Shown here: piece by piece, positions 20,037 to 30,254 of the stretch
How the letters are laid out: the number at the start of each line of letters is the position of its first letter
How positions within the stretch are numbered: the first letter of the stretch is position 1
NCBI GenBank assembly: GCA_963727055.1
Contig: CAVSEN010000002.1
Span: 992,199-1,056,198 of the forward strand
DNA: 64,000 nucleotides
DNA from: an uncultured Chloroflexia bacterium
Lineage (GTDB): Bacteria > Chloroflexota > Limnocylindria > Limnocylindrales > CSP1-4
Reading direction: 5' to 3'
Translations under genes and position numbers: made by a program
The notes under the pieces: generated by a model
Databases searched by the model: none
What the model saw: the letters and a program-made list of their open reading frames with translations, nothing else
Told to the model about the DNA's origin: nothing

Positions 20037-21650
20037 ATGACCGGGGATCGGGCCGCGCGGGCGGAGCTGCGAGTCGTCAGCCTGGGCCGTGCGGCGCCGG
20101 TGATCCTGGCCGCCGGCGTGGCGTTCTTCCTGGCCTGGCGGACGCTCCTGCCGGGCCTCTACCTGTGGGACACGGGCGAGCTCCAGACCGTCGGTCCGCT
20201 CCTGGGCACCGGCCACCCCAGCGGCTTCCCGGCCTGGGTCATCCTGGGCTGGTTCGCGTCGGTCGTCCTCCAGCCGTTCGGCGATCCGGCCTACCGGATG
20301 AACCTGCTGTCGGCGATCCTGGGCGGCGTCGCGGCCGGCGCGACGGTGGTCCTCGTGGACTGGCTGACCGGCCGGCGCTGGGTGGCCCTCGCCGCCGGGC
20401 TCCTCCTGGCCACCACCCCGATCGCCTGGCAGATCGCCAGCCAGGCCGACGTCCATGCGCTCCACCTGGCCCTGGTCGCGATCCTGCTGGGGCTGCTCGT
20501 CGACTGGGAGCGCCGCCGGTCCGCGTCGGATCGCGACGGACTCGACCATCGCGCGGACCGCAGCCTCGTCGCGGCCGCGGTCGTCTTCGGGATCGCCCTG
20601 GCCAACCACAACCTCGCCCTGCTGCTGATCCCCGGGATCGCGCTGTACGTGCTGGCCGTCGAGCCGGGGATCGTCCACCGCCGGCGCTTCTTCCTGGGCT
20701 GCATCGGGGCCGCGCTGCTGACCAGCGCGCTGCTCTACCTCGAGCTGCCCCTGCGGGCCGGGATCTTCCGGGCGCCGCTGGTCTACGGCCACCCCGAGAC
20801 CCTGTCGGGCTTCCTGTACGTCGTCCTGGGCACGCAGTTCGCCGGCAGCATCAGTGGCCCGCTGGCCCATCTCGACCTGAAGCTGGCCGACCTGGTGGCG
20901 GTCGCCGGAGCCCAGTTCGGGCCGCTCGCCTGGCTCATCCCGCTCGGCTTCGTCGCAACCGTCGTCCGCCGGCCGCGCTACGCCCTCCTGACCCTGCCCG
21001 CCGTGCTGCTCACCACGTGGTTCGCCGAGTCCTACACGAACGCGGAGATCTGGCGCTACCTGCTGGGGCCGGCCCTGATCGTGATCAGCTGGCTGGCGAT
21101 CCTGGCCGCCGAGGCCGTCACGCTCCTCGAACGGGCCGCCGAGCACGCCCCCGAGGGCTCGTTCCTGTGGTCGCTCGGGGCGGCCGTCGTCGATGGGGTC
21201 CGCGGCCGGGCGAGCGTCCTGCTCGAGGTCGCCCTGGTGGTCGTCCTGCTCATCCCCAACGCCGCCGGGCTGCCGGCCCGCGCCGGCGCGGTATCGCGGA
21301 GCGCCGACCTGATCGCGCCCAACTGGCTGGCCGGCGTCCTGCCCAAGCTCGATCCCCACGGCGTGGTGATCAGCTGGTGGAGCTACTCGACCCCGCTCTG
21401 GTACGCCCAGGACATCGAGGGCAAGATCCCGGACGTGTCGATCGTCGACGACCGGACCCGGCTGGACGAAGGATTGGGTAGTGTCTCGGATGTGATCAAT
21501 GCCAACCTCGGCCGCCGCCCGGTCTACCTGGTCCGGCTGCCCGACGAGCTGCCCGCGCTCGAAGCTCGCTATACCCTCGTCCTGGTCGACACGACCGAGC
21601 CGGACCAGCCGGTCTACCAGGTCACCGCTCGAACCGGGGCCCAGCCGTGA
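20037..21650 (+). CDS. DUF2723/TMEM260-like GT-C glycosyltransferase
   Basis: The N-terminal signature WDTGELQTVGPLLGTGHPSGFPAW is followed by a polytopic core and a soluble C-terminal domain of about 130 aa. Confidence 0.7.
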   Translation: MTGDRAARAELRVVSLGRAAPVILAAGVAFFLAWRTLLPGLYLWDTGELQTVGPLLGTGHPSGFPAWVILGWFASVVLQPFGDPAYRMNLLSAILGGVAAGATVVLVDWLTGRRWVALAAGLLLATTPIAWQIASQADVHALHLALVAILLGLLVDWERRRSASDRDGLDHRADRSLVAAAVVFGIALANHNLALLLIPGIALYVLAVEPGIVHRRRFFLGCIGAALLTSALLYLELPLRAGIFRAPLVYGHPETLSGFLYVVLGTQFAGSISGPLAHLDLKLADLVAVAGAQFGPLAWLIPLGFVATVVRRPRYALLTLPAVLLTTWFAESYTNAEIWRYLLGPALIVISWLAILAAEAVTLLERAAEHAPEGSFLWSLGAAVVDGVRGRASVLLEVALVVVLLIPNAAGLPARAGAVSRSADLIAPNWLAGVLPKLDPHGVVISWWSYSTPLWYAQDIEGKIPDVSIVDDRTRLDEGLGSVSDVINANLGRRPVYLVRLPDELPALEARYTLVLVDTTEPDQPVYQVTARTGAQP

Positions 21651-22460
21651 CCGCCGTGGCGCGCCCGGTCGTCGACCCGGCGGCGAACCCCGGCGTGGCC
21701 GCGGGCCGCCTGGCCGAGCTGTCGTACTTCTTCCCGGCCCACAACGAGGAGGGCAACGTCGAGGCCCTGGTCCGGGATGCGCTCGAGGCCCTGCCGGCGC
21801 TGGCCGAGCGGTTCGAGATCATCGTCGTCGACGACGGTTCGCGCGATCGGACCGGGCAGCTTGCCGACGGGCTGGCCGGCGCCCATCCCGAGATCGTGCG
21901 GGTCGTCCATCACCCGACGAACCAGGGCTACGGCGCCGCCCTGCGCTCGGGCTTCCGGGCCGCTCGATTCGACTGGGTCGGATTCACCGACGGCGACCGC
22001 CAGTTCGCCGTCGCGGACCTCGGCCGGCTCACGGCCCGGATCGCCGAGGCGGACCAGCCCGATGTCGTGGTGGGCTTCCGGATCCGGCGCGCGGATCCGC
22101 TGATCCGGACCCTCTACGCACGGTCGTACCGGCTGGCCAACCGCGTCTTCTTCGGCCTGCGGGTGACCGACGTCGACTGCGCCTGCAAGCTGTATCCGGC
22201 GGACGGCGCTGCGCGGGCTGCGCGTGGAATCGGGCGGGGCGTTCTTCTCGGCCGAGCTGCTGATCAAGCTGCGCGCCGCCGGTCGGTCGGTGGTCGAAGT
22301 GGGCGTCCCCCACTACGCCCGGACCGTCGGCTCGCCGACCGGTGCCCGGCCGAGCGTGATCCTGCGCGCCGTGCGCGACTTCTGGAGCCTGCGCCTCCGG
22401 CTGTGGGCGAACGCCCGCCTGGCGATCGGCCGGGGCGAGCCGATCCTGGGCGACGACTAG
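21647..22460 (+). CDS. GT2 polyprenol-phosphate mannosyl/glucosyltransferase (Dpm1/Ppm1-like), one frameshift
   Basis: SYFFPAHNEEGNV, IIVVDDGSRDRT, NQGYGAALRSG and TDGDRQF (DxD). An extra c near 22196 shifts into track ORF 22224..22460 (GGAFFSAELLIKLRAAG...). A GTGA overlap links it to the upstream gene. Confidence 0.8.
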
Positions 22461-22513
22461 CGTCGACCGGGCCGGACGCTGGGCGGCCGGACGGGCCGTG
22501 GGATAATCCGGAG

Positions 22514-23059
22514 ATGGCGGGCGAGCTGGTCGAGGTCGTGGTCGAGAGCGTGCGGGTCCACATGCCCTCGAGCAACCACGTGGTGATCCTCAAGGAGGTC
22601 GAGCGCGAGCGCTACCTGCCGATCTGGATCGGTCCCTGGGAGGCCAATGCGATCGCGATGCGCCTGCAGGGCGTGTCGCCCGAGCGGCCGCTCAGCCACG
22701 ACCTGTTCAGCACGATCCTCGAGGACCTCGGGGCGACGATCGAGCGGGTGGTGATCGCGACCCTGTCCGAGGAGACGTTCCACGCCCGGCTCTTCATCCG
22801 GGCCAACGGGACCTCGATCGAGGTCGACTCGCGGCCGTCCGACGCGCTCGCCCTGGCCGTTCGGGCGGGCGTCCCGATCTACGCCTCGGAGGCGGTCCTC
22901 GAGCGCGCCGGGGTGAGCCCCGACGCTGCGGTCGTCGCCTCGCTGGGCGAGTCCGAGGAGGGCGAAGAGTCGACCGATCCGCGCCTGGCGGTCTTCCGTG
23001 ACTTCGTCAACTCGCTCGACGTCGACCCAGAGAACCGCGAGGGCCCGAAGCCCGACTAA
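22514..23059 (+). CDS. bifunctional nuclease (BFN/DUF151) family protein
   Basis: MAGELVEVVVESVRVHMPSSNHVVILKE...YLPIWIGPWEANAIAMRLQG...RPLSHDL...HARLFI...DSRPSDALALA is the characteristic DUF151 core, followed by an acidic tail. Confidence 0.8.
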   Translation: MAGELVEVVVESVRVHMPSSNHVVILKEVERERYLPIWIGPWEANAIAMRLQGVSPERPLSHDLFSTILEDLGATIERVVIATLSEETFHARLFIRANGTSIEVDSRPSDALALAVRAGVPIYASEAVLERAGVSPDAAVVASLGESEEGEESTDPRLAVFRDFVNSLDVDPENREGPKPD

Positions 23060-23070
23060 GGGCCCGAAGG

Positions 23071-25353
23071 TCAGGGCTTCTTCGTCGGCTTGGGCGTGGG
23101 CTTCTTGGTCGGCTTCGGCTTGGCGCTGGCCGGGACCGACGGCGACGGCGAGGGGCCGACCGAGGGTGAGGCGCCCGAGGCCGGGACCGCGACCAGGGTC
23201 GAGCTCATCAGCCGGTTCTTGTCGATCCAGTACATGCTCGCCGGCGCGCCGTTCGTGCCGGGGACGACCGCGATCCCGCGCAGGTCCGACCAGCTCTGGT
23301 CGCTGCCCGCCAGCTGGTACTGCTCGACGACGCTGCCCGTGTCCTTGTCGATTGCCACGATCCGGGCCTGGGCCCGGTCGTAGCCGTAGACCAGGCCGGT
23401 GTCCCGGGCGGTGGCGGTCGTGAGCAGCGTGTACTGCGGCGCGGCGCGCAGGATCTCGTCGCCCGGATCGGCCACCTTCCAGCCCTGCGAGGCACCGTTG
23501 ATGAAGCGGGTGAGCGTGCCGCCCTCGGTCACGTAGATGTCGCCATCGATCAGCATCGCGTCGACGGTCGACACGTCCTGGGCCGTGGCCAGGCGGCCGG
23601 TGCTCGAGGCCGGGAAGCTGCCGTCGAGGGCCGGGGTGTAGACGATGATGTTGCGCTGCGACGGGTCGACGACATACAGGTTGTAGAGGCCCTGGCTGGC
23701 GTTGCGCAGGAACGTCCCGATCCCCCGGATGTCGTTGCCCCAGCTCGAGGCGTTGCGCACGATCACCTTGACGATCGTGCCCCGCCCGGTCGCGTCCGCC
23801 GGCCGCCAGCGCCACAGGTTGTTCTTCGCGTCGAGGATCAGCAGGTCGGGCCCGCCCACGGCGATGAAGGTCGGGACGTCGACCTTGATCCCCCGGACGA
23901 GCTCGCCGTCGTGGGCCACGACGACGGCGTGGCCGCCCTTGAGGTCGATCCGGTAGACGGACTTCGTCGCCGCGTCGAGGACGTACGGGGCGCCGTCCGG
24001 GCCGAGGACGAGCGACTTGAGGTCGACCGCCGGGGTCGCCGCGGCAAACGAGAAGGCCTGGGTCGAGTTGACCGCGAGCATGTGGTAGAGCTCGTCGAGG
24101 CCGGCCCGGGCCTGGGCTCGGAGGGGCGCGGTGACCGCAGTCGAGATCCCGGCCGCCTCCGCCGTGCCGAGCTGTTGCCAGGCGTCGTCGAGGAGCTGCT
24201 GGGCCCGGTTGCGGTCGTTCTTGACCAGGTCGACGCCGGGCCCGTTGACCTGGGCCAGGTCGCCCTGGGCCGCCTCGAAGGCATGCTGGGCGGCGGTGAT
24301 CGAGGTCAGGGTGCCCGGCGGGCTCTTGAAGAAGCTGACGATCGAGGTCGCCGAGACGAGGACCAGGGCGAGGACGACGAAGGCGAGCACCGCGATCGCG
24401 GCCCGGCGCTGGGTCTCGACCTTGCTCGAGGCCGGGGTGACCGTGCGCTGCGCGGGCCGGCGGCGGGGCAGCAGGTCCAGGATCCGGCCGACGCCCCGGC
24501 CGACGGCACCCCCGGCCGCTGCCGTCGCCCGGCCGGCGGTCTCCTGGATCGAGCTGGCGGCGTCCGAGACGCTGTCGGCGAGGGGGATCGGCGAGCGGTC
24601 GGGCGTGCCGGCCAGCGGTTCCGGGGCCTGGACGGGCACCAGCCGGCGCTGTCGGGCGGTGGCCGAGACCTCGGTCGCCTCGATCGCGATCGCCGCGTCG
24701 CTGCCGGAGCCACCGGCGGCCAGGAAATGGGCCTGGAGCTGCTCCATCGCCGACTGGGGATGGAGGGTCAGCAGGGCATCCTTGAGGTCGTCCAGGCCGA
24801 GCTTGGCGACGAGGTTCTCGGACGCGATCACGAGCGAATCGCCGACGTTGATCTCGCCCCGCCAGACGCTCGGCTCGAGCTCGTTGGAGGGCAGGCCCCG
24901 GGTCCGGCTCGGGTCGGGCAGGGTCGACAGGCGGGCCTGGCGGATCAGGAAGGCCTCCGCCGGGCCGACCGTCACGACGTACAGCTCGTTGCCGCGGACC
25001 ACGGCCAGGCCGACGCCGAGCGGCCCGTTCGCCTCGTCGGCCTTGTCGCCGCCCAGCCGGTCGCGCTGGTGGAGGATCTTCTTGTTGGCCGCCCGGATCG
25101 CCTTCTCGAGGCAGACCATGATCCCGGCCGACTCGTCGTAGTAGTACTCGTCGCGAATCGCCTCGGCAACCAGCCGGGTGGCCTCACCGACCCGGGCCCC
25201 GGTCGTCCGCGAGGTCACGACCAGGTACAGGCTGCCCTTCGAGCGGACGACGCTGCCGATCGTCGGCTCTTCGGACAGGATCGCGTCAGGCGATCCGGGC
25301 AGGCGCGCTGCGTCGGCGGCGTAGCCGAGCTTCATCTGGAGCCGAACGGCCAT
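23071..25353 (-). CDS. membrane protein: PP2C-like (probably inactive) N-terminal domain, one TM, extracytoplasmic beta-propeller, PTK-rich tail
   Basis: 760-aa intact ORF. PPM-like order (GSLYLVVTS, GVGLAVVRGNELYVV, GDSLVIASENL, SDAAIAIEATE) but without clear metal-binding Asp motifs. TM AIAVLAFVVLALVLVSATSIV, then repeated blade-like segments. It ends KPKPTKKPTPKPTKKP. Confidence 0.55.
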   Translation of the reverse strand: MAVRLQMKLGYAADAARLPGSPDAILSEEPTIGSVVRSKGSLYLVVTSRTTGARVGEATRLVAEAIRDEYYYDESAGIMVCLEKAIRAANKKILHQRDRLGGDKADEANGPLGVGLAVVRGNELYVVTVGPAEAFLIRQARLSTLPDPSRTRGLPSNELEPSVWRGEINVGDSLVIASENLVAKLGLDDLKDALLTLHPQSAMEQLQAHFLAAGGSGSDAAIAIEATEVSATARQRRLVPVQAPEPLAGTPDRSPIPLADSVSDAASSIQETAGRATAAAGGAVGRGVGRILDLLPRRRPAQRTVTPASSKVETQRRAAIAVLAFVVLALVLVSATSIVSFFKSPPGTLTSITAAQHAFEAAQGDLAQVNGPGVDLVKNDRNRAQQLLDDAWQQLGTAEAAGISTAVTAPLRAQARAGLDELYHMLAVNSTQAFSFAAATPAVDLKSLVLGPDGAPYVLDAATKSVYRIDLKGGHAVVVAHDGELVRGIKVDVPTFIAVGGPDLLILDAKNNLWRWRPADATGRGTIVKVIVRNASSWGNDIRGIGTFLRNASQGLYNLYVVDPSQRNIIVYTPALDGSFPASSTGRLATAQDVSTVDAMLIDGDIYVTEGGTLTRFINGASQGWKVADPGDEILRAAPQYTLLTTATARDTGLVYGYDRAQARIVAIDKDTGSVVEQYQLAGSDQSWSDLRGIAVVPGTNGAPASMYWIDKNRLMSSTLVAVPASGASPSVGPSPSPSVPASAKPKPTKKPTPKPTKKP

Positions 25354-25751
25354 GCGGGCCTCAGTGGGCGAAGAAGGTCAGAGGGCGTCCGGGCAATCGG
25401 CCCCTCTGGGCCCGACCCCCGTGGCGGCTGGCAGGTGGGCCGGATTATACGCGGCGGATGACCGACCCTCAGCTCGCGGGCCAGAAAGCCGCCCGGCGCC
25501 GCCCGGAAGGCCCCCAGGAGCTCCGGCGCCCGGAGACGAAGCTCCTGGGCCACGATCGGCGCATCGGCCTCCACGACGAGGATTCGCCGTCCGCCTGGAG
25601 CAGGCGACAGGCGCCGGCCGCCGGCGGGACCCGCTCGGCAACGAGGGCGTCCCAGGTCGCCACGGCCCGGGCGAGGCGCAGCTCATCCTCGAGCCCCAGG
25701 CGCCGGGCCGCGTCGGGGATCAGGTCGCCGATCCGCTCCATCGGTCGCCGC
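25332..25751 (-). CDS. DUF721-type protein downstream of recF (frameshifted)
   Basis: MERIGDLIPDAARRLGLEDELRLARAVATWDALV... continues in another frame as ...VEADAPIVAQELRLRAPELLGAF. This is the typical recF-neighbour gene, and the 3' end is uncertain. Confidence 0.5.
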
Positions 25752-25779
25752 CGGCTGCGGCCCGATCCACCGTCGTCGG

Positions 25780-26961
25780 TCACGGCGCTCCGCTCCCGCC
25801 GCTGAGCGACGCGCCGTCGGGCCCGGTCTCGACGGCCCAGCTCGTGGCATGGGCCCGGAGGGCCGGGTCGAGGTCGTCGAGGGTCGTCGTCGTGATCAAG
25901 GCCTGGGGCAGCTCGGCGATCCGCCGGACGAGATGCGAGCGGCGGTCTGGATCGAGCTCGCTGAACACGTCGTCGAGGAGGAGCAGCGGCGGCCGGCCGT
26001 CGAGGTCGGTCAGCAGGTCGAGCTCGGCCAGCTTGAGGGCGAGGATCGCCGTCCGCTGCTGCCCGCGCGAGGCGAAGCCGGCCAGGTCGCGCACGGTGCC
26101 GTCCGGTCGAGCTCGAAGACGAGATCGTCGCGGTGCGGTCCGACCAGCGTCGAGCCGTTCCAGACCTCCTTCTCGGCCGTCTCGGCCAGCCGGCGGGCAA
26201 GCGCGGCCCGGATCGGTTCGCCCGGGCCGTGCCGGCGCGTTCGTCTCGTAGCGAAGGGTCAGCGCGCGCGCCTCCTCGGGGGCGATCTCGCGATGGGCTG
26301 CCGCGCAGCGGCTCGGCGATCGATTCCAGCAGGCGCAGCCGGCCGGCGACGACCGCCGCACCCGCAGTCGAGCAGGGCGGTGTCCCAGAACCGCAGCTCG
26401 TCCCGGCTCGCCTGCTCCTCGCGGATCGCCCGGAGCAGGCTGTTGCGCTGCTGGAGCGCCCGGCCGTAGGTCGCCAGGTCGGCCGGGTAGGCCGGCGAGC
26501 GGCCGGCGGCCAGCTGAGTCGAGCGCCGCCCGGCGCAGGGACGGCGAGCCGGCGATCAGGAGCATCTCCTCGGGCGCGAACAGGACGACCCGGAGCGTGC
26601 CCGGCCAGGCTCGGCTGCCCGGCGGGGCACGCCGTTGACCCGGATCCGCTTGCGCTGACCGCCGCTGCCCTCGCGCAGGAGGGCAACCTCGACGGTCGCG
26701 CCGCCGCCGGCCGTGCCGCCGTCGACGATCCCCTCGACCCGGGCCATCGGCGCACCCCAGCGGATCAGCTCGGCGTCGGTCGGCGGTCCGGTGCGAGCGG
26801 CCCCAGGCGAGCAGCACGATCGCCTCGAGCAGGCTCGTCTTGCCGGCCGCGTTCGGCCCCCAGAGCAGGTGCGGTCCCGGGCCGAGATGGACGCTCGAGC
26901 GGCGCGTAGCCCCGCAGGTCGAGCAGGAGCGAGGCGCTCGAGCAGGGCTTCGACCCGGCAC
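25780..26961 (-). CDS. recF: DNA replication/repair protein RecF (multiply frameshifted)
   Basis: Walker A GPNAAGKTSLLEAI, LRVVLFAPEEMLLIAGSPSLRR, SRGQQRTAILALKLAE and Walker B PPLLLLDDVFSELD. Other segments (DAELIRWGAPMARVEG..., YGRALQQRNSLLR) sit in the other two frames. Confidence 0.85.
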   Translation of the reverse strand: MPGRSPARAPRSCSTCGATRRSSVHLGPGPHLLWGPNAAGKTSLLEAIVLLAWGRSHRTADRRRADPLGCADGPGRGDRRRRHGRRRRDRRGCPPARGQRRSAQADPGQRRAPPGSRAWPGTLRVVLFAPEEMLLIAGSPSLRRAALDSAGRRPLAGLPGRPGDLRPGAPAAQQPAPGDPRGAGEPGRAAVLGHRPARLRVRRSSPAGCACWNRSPSRCAAAHREIAPEEARALTLRYETNAPARPGRTDPGRACPPAGRDGREGGLERLDAGRTAPRRSRLRARPDGTVRDLAGFASRGQQRTAILALKLAELDLLTDLDGRPPLLLLDDVFSELDPDRRSHLVRRIAELPQALITTTTLDDLDPALRAHATSWAVETGPDGASLSGGSGAP

Positions 26962-26991
26962 TGCCCGGCGACCGCCGGGCTCCGGGGCCTC

Positions 26992-28120
26992 CTAGGAGGT
27001 GGTCCGGACCGGCATGACCACGTGCGATGTACGTGTCGTCGCCGATCGGCCTGAAGACGCCGGGCGAGAGCGGGCCGTTGAGCTCGAGCGCGAACTGCTC
27101 GGCGCGTCGACGTTCTGGAGGACGTCCGGCAGGTAGCGGGCGTTGAACGCGATCGTCGTGCCGTCGCCCTCGACCGTCGGCCTCGACCTGGCCCTCGTTG
27201 TCGCCGACCTCGGCGTTGGCCGTGACGGCGACCCCGGCTCGCCGTCGACGCTGACCTGGAGCTTGACGATGTTGGCCGACGGCGTTGGCGATGAGGGCGG
27301 CCAGGCCGGACCGCCTTGAGCAGCTCCTCGCGATCGACCACGGCCCGGGTGGTGTGGGCCTTGGGCAGGACCTGCTGGTAGTTCGGGAACTGGCCGTCGA
27401 TCAGGCGGCTGACGAGGTCGATGCCCTCGAGGTGGAACAGGACCTGGTTGCGCGCCGGCGGCGAGGACGACCTCGACCGGGTCGTCGGTGTCGGCCAGGA
27501 CCCGGGCCAGCTCGTTGAGGGACCGGGCCGGGATCGACGAGGCTCGTGTCCTCGACCGGGTCGAGGATCGGCGATCGTCTTGACCGCGATCCGGTAGTTG
27601 TCGGCCGCGGCGAGGGTCAGCTGGTCGCCCTCGAAGCGCGCCAGGACGCCGGTCAGGATCGGCCGGGCCTCGTCGCTGGCGGCCGCGAAGGCCGTCTCGT
27701 CGAGGGCCTGCCGGAGGACCTTCTGGGAGATCCGGGTCGTCGGCCGCTCACCGGCCGTCGGGATCGCCGGGAACTCCTCGGCGTCGATCCCCTTGACGTG
27801 CGATCTCGAACCGGCCGCAGCGGATCCGGAGCGTGTCGCCGGACTGGAGCTCGAGGTCGACCCGCTCGCCGGCCGGCAGGCGAGTTGACGAGGTCGGTCA
27901 GCAGCCGGGCCGGGACGGTGGTCGCGCCGTCCGTCTCGATCTTGCCCGGGACCCAGTAGGTGATCCCGATCTCGAGGTTCGTCGCGGTGAGCTTGAGCCC
28001 CGCGTCCTCGGTCTGGAGCAGGACGTTGGCGAGCACCGGCAGCGTGCTCCGGGTGGAGACCGCGCGGCTGACGACCGACAGGCCGCGCGCCAGGTTCTCC
28101 TGCATGACCGAGAGTTTCAC
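26992..28120 (-). CDS. dnaN: DNA polymerase III beta sliding clamp (multiply frameshifted)
   Basis: GTG start with GGAG upstream. VKLSVMQENLARGLSVVSRAVSTRSTLPVLANVLLQTEDAGLKLTATNLEIGI, and a C-terminus ...GPLSPGVFRPIGDDTY..VVMPVRTTS. The length of 1129 nt is not a multiple of 3. Confidence 0.85.
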
Positions 28121-28594
28121 GTTGGGTTCACTCCAGGAAGTCGGACAGGCGGGCTCGGGGCGGGCGCCAGGGCGCGGGCTCGGCACCAAAGCCCGGCGCG
28201 GTTGAGCATCTCTGGGGATTTCAAGCAAACCTATCTTAGTCCGTCATCATCGTCATCATCCTGTTGACGGTGTGGACCGTCGCGCTCGGCCGGGCACGAT
28301 TCGGACGTGGACGACGGACCGGCTGTGGTGGACGACCGGCCGGCTGTCGGGGAGAGTCCGGGCGGATCCCTGTGGACCGCTTCAGGTGGCCGGCGCCGGA
28401 TTCCCGTCGGAGCCGTTCCCATGGGACGTCCCCGGACCCGCAGGTTCTCCACAACGGTGGGTGGTTGTCCACGCGAATCGGGCCCTTGTCCACAGAAACG
28501 GGGTCAAGATGGGTGCTCCGGGTGAGTCCGGGGCGGTCGCGCGATCGGCCTGCCCGGGCCCAGGCCTCGCGCCGGCCGCTGCCGGCCGGCGGGC
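28121..28594. other. oriC candidate (dnaA-dnaN intergenic)
   Basis: A perfect TTGTCCACA lies at 28486-28494. One-mismatch boxes lie at 28445 (TTCTCCACA) and 28465 (TTGTCCACG). Reverse-orientation TGTGGACcg boxes lie at 28271 and 28371, with further 2-mismatch boxes near 28305 and 28327. A locally AT-rich stretch at 28205-28262 (tttcaagcaaacctatcttagtccgtcatcatcgtcatcatcc) is a possible unwinding element. Confidence 0.7.
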
Positions 28595-29973
28595 TCAGTC
28601 GGCGTAGATCAGCTCGCGGACCGCGGCGATCTCGCGCCGCAGCTCGTCGTTGGCGGCCGTCTCGCGATTGATCTTGTCGCAGGCGTGGAGGACCGTCGAG
28701 TGGTCGCGACCGCCGAGCTCGGCCCCGATCCGGAGCAGCGAGACGTCCGTCTCCTCGCGCATCAGGAACATCGCGATCTGGCGCGGCACGACGATCGCCT
28801 TGTCGCGCTTCTGGCCCTGGAGCGCGTCCATCGGCACGCCGTAGTAGTCGGAGACCACCTTGGCGATCCGCTCCGGGGTGACCTGGCGCTTCTTGGGGTT
28901 GTAGAGGACGTTGGCCAGGACCGCCTGGGCGAGCTCGATGCTGATCGGCATCGCGCCCATGCTGGCGTAGGCGACGATCCGGTTGAGCGCGCCCTCGAGC
29001 TCGCGGATGTTGCTGACGACCTTGCGGGCGATGAACTCGATGACGTCCGAGGTGATCGGGACGCGCCTCTCCTCGGCCTTCGCCCGGAGGATCGCGATCC
29101 GGGTCTCGAGGTCGGGCGCCGTGAGGTCGGCGATGAGGCCCCACTCGAACCGGCTGCGGAGCCGTTCCTCGAGGGTGAGGATCGCCTTGGGCGGCCGGTC
29201 CGAGCTGACAGCACGATCTGCTTGCCGTCCTCGTGGATCGCGTTGAACGTGTGGAAGAACTCCTCCTGGGTCCGTTCCTTGTCGGCGATGAACTGGATGT
29301 CGTCGATCAGGAGGAGGTCGATCCGCCGGTAGCGCGCCCGGAACTCGTCGATCTTGCCCTGCTGGATCGAGGTGATGAACTCGTTGGTGAACTTCTCGGA
29401 GGTCGCGTAGACGACCCTCTTGCGCGGGAACTTGGCGATGACCTGGTTGCCGATCGCGTGCATCAGGTGGGTCTTGCCGAGGCCCACGCCGCCGTACAGG
29501 AAGAGCGGGTTGTAGGCGTGGCCGGGCCGCTCGGCGACCGACAGGCTGGCCGCGTGGGCGAGGCGGTTGGCCGAGCCGACGATGAAGTTCGCGAACGTGT
29601 AGCGCGGGTTGAGGTTCGCTCGCGCCGCCCTCGCCGCCGACCCGGCCGGGCTCGAGCCGGACATGCTGGCGTGGCGCGGCGCCGTCGGCGTCGCCGGGTC
29701 GGCGGCCGCGGCCTCGGTCGGCGGCTCCGGACGATCACGACGAACTCGACCTGGACGCTGTAGCCCACGATCCGGGCCAGCGTCTGGGAGATCAGCGAGC
29801 GGTAGCGGGTCTCGAGCCAGTCCTTGGCGAACCCGTTCGGGACCGCGATCCGGAAGCGGTTGTCGTCGACGTCGACGAGGCTCGGTGTCGCGCAGCCAGG
29901 TCTCGAAGTTGGCCGGCGACAGCGAGACCTGGAGCTCGCCGAGGGCGGCTCGCCAGACTTGCTTCGCGTCCAT
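28595..29973 (-). CDS. dnaA: chromosomal replication initiator DnaA (at least 3 frame changes)
   Basis: [27 protein letters not shown], then (other frame) [21 protein letters not shown], then [12 protein letters not shown]...[16 protein letters not shown]...[10 protein letters not shown] break near 29205 leads into the C-terminal frame ...[12 protein letters not shown]...[15 protein letters not shown]. The length is 1379 nt. Confidence 0.9.
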
Positions 29974-30233
29974 ATGCTCGATCGTGACCCTGCAGCTCGG
30001 AGGATTGAATTGCCGCTCCGGCGGATCGTTCTGCCGACGCGGCGGCCACGAGATGAGGCGACGGCGAAGCCGAGGTGTACGCGCCACGAACGCCGCTGTG
30101 CGGGGCCGGCCTGGTCGCTCCACCTGCTCCTCCGGGGGGCTCCGAAGGTGCCCGCGAGCGTCCCGGCGCCGGGGGCTCGGGAAGGATAGCACCGGCTCCG
30201 CCGGCCTAGCAAGGCGCCGGCGCATGGGAATTG

Positions 30234-30254
30234 GGATACTCCCAGGGAGTATCC
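30234..30254. repeat. perfect 10-1-10 palindrome
   Basis: ggatactccc a gggagtatcc, immediately followed by atgcat. It lies 260 nt upstream of the dnaA start. Confidence 0.7.
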
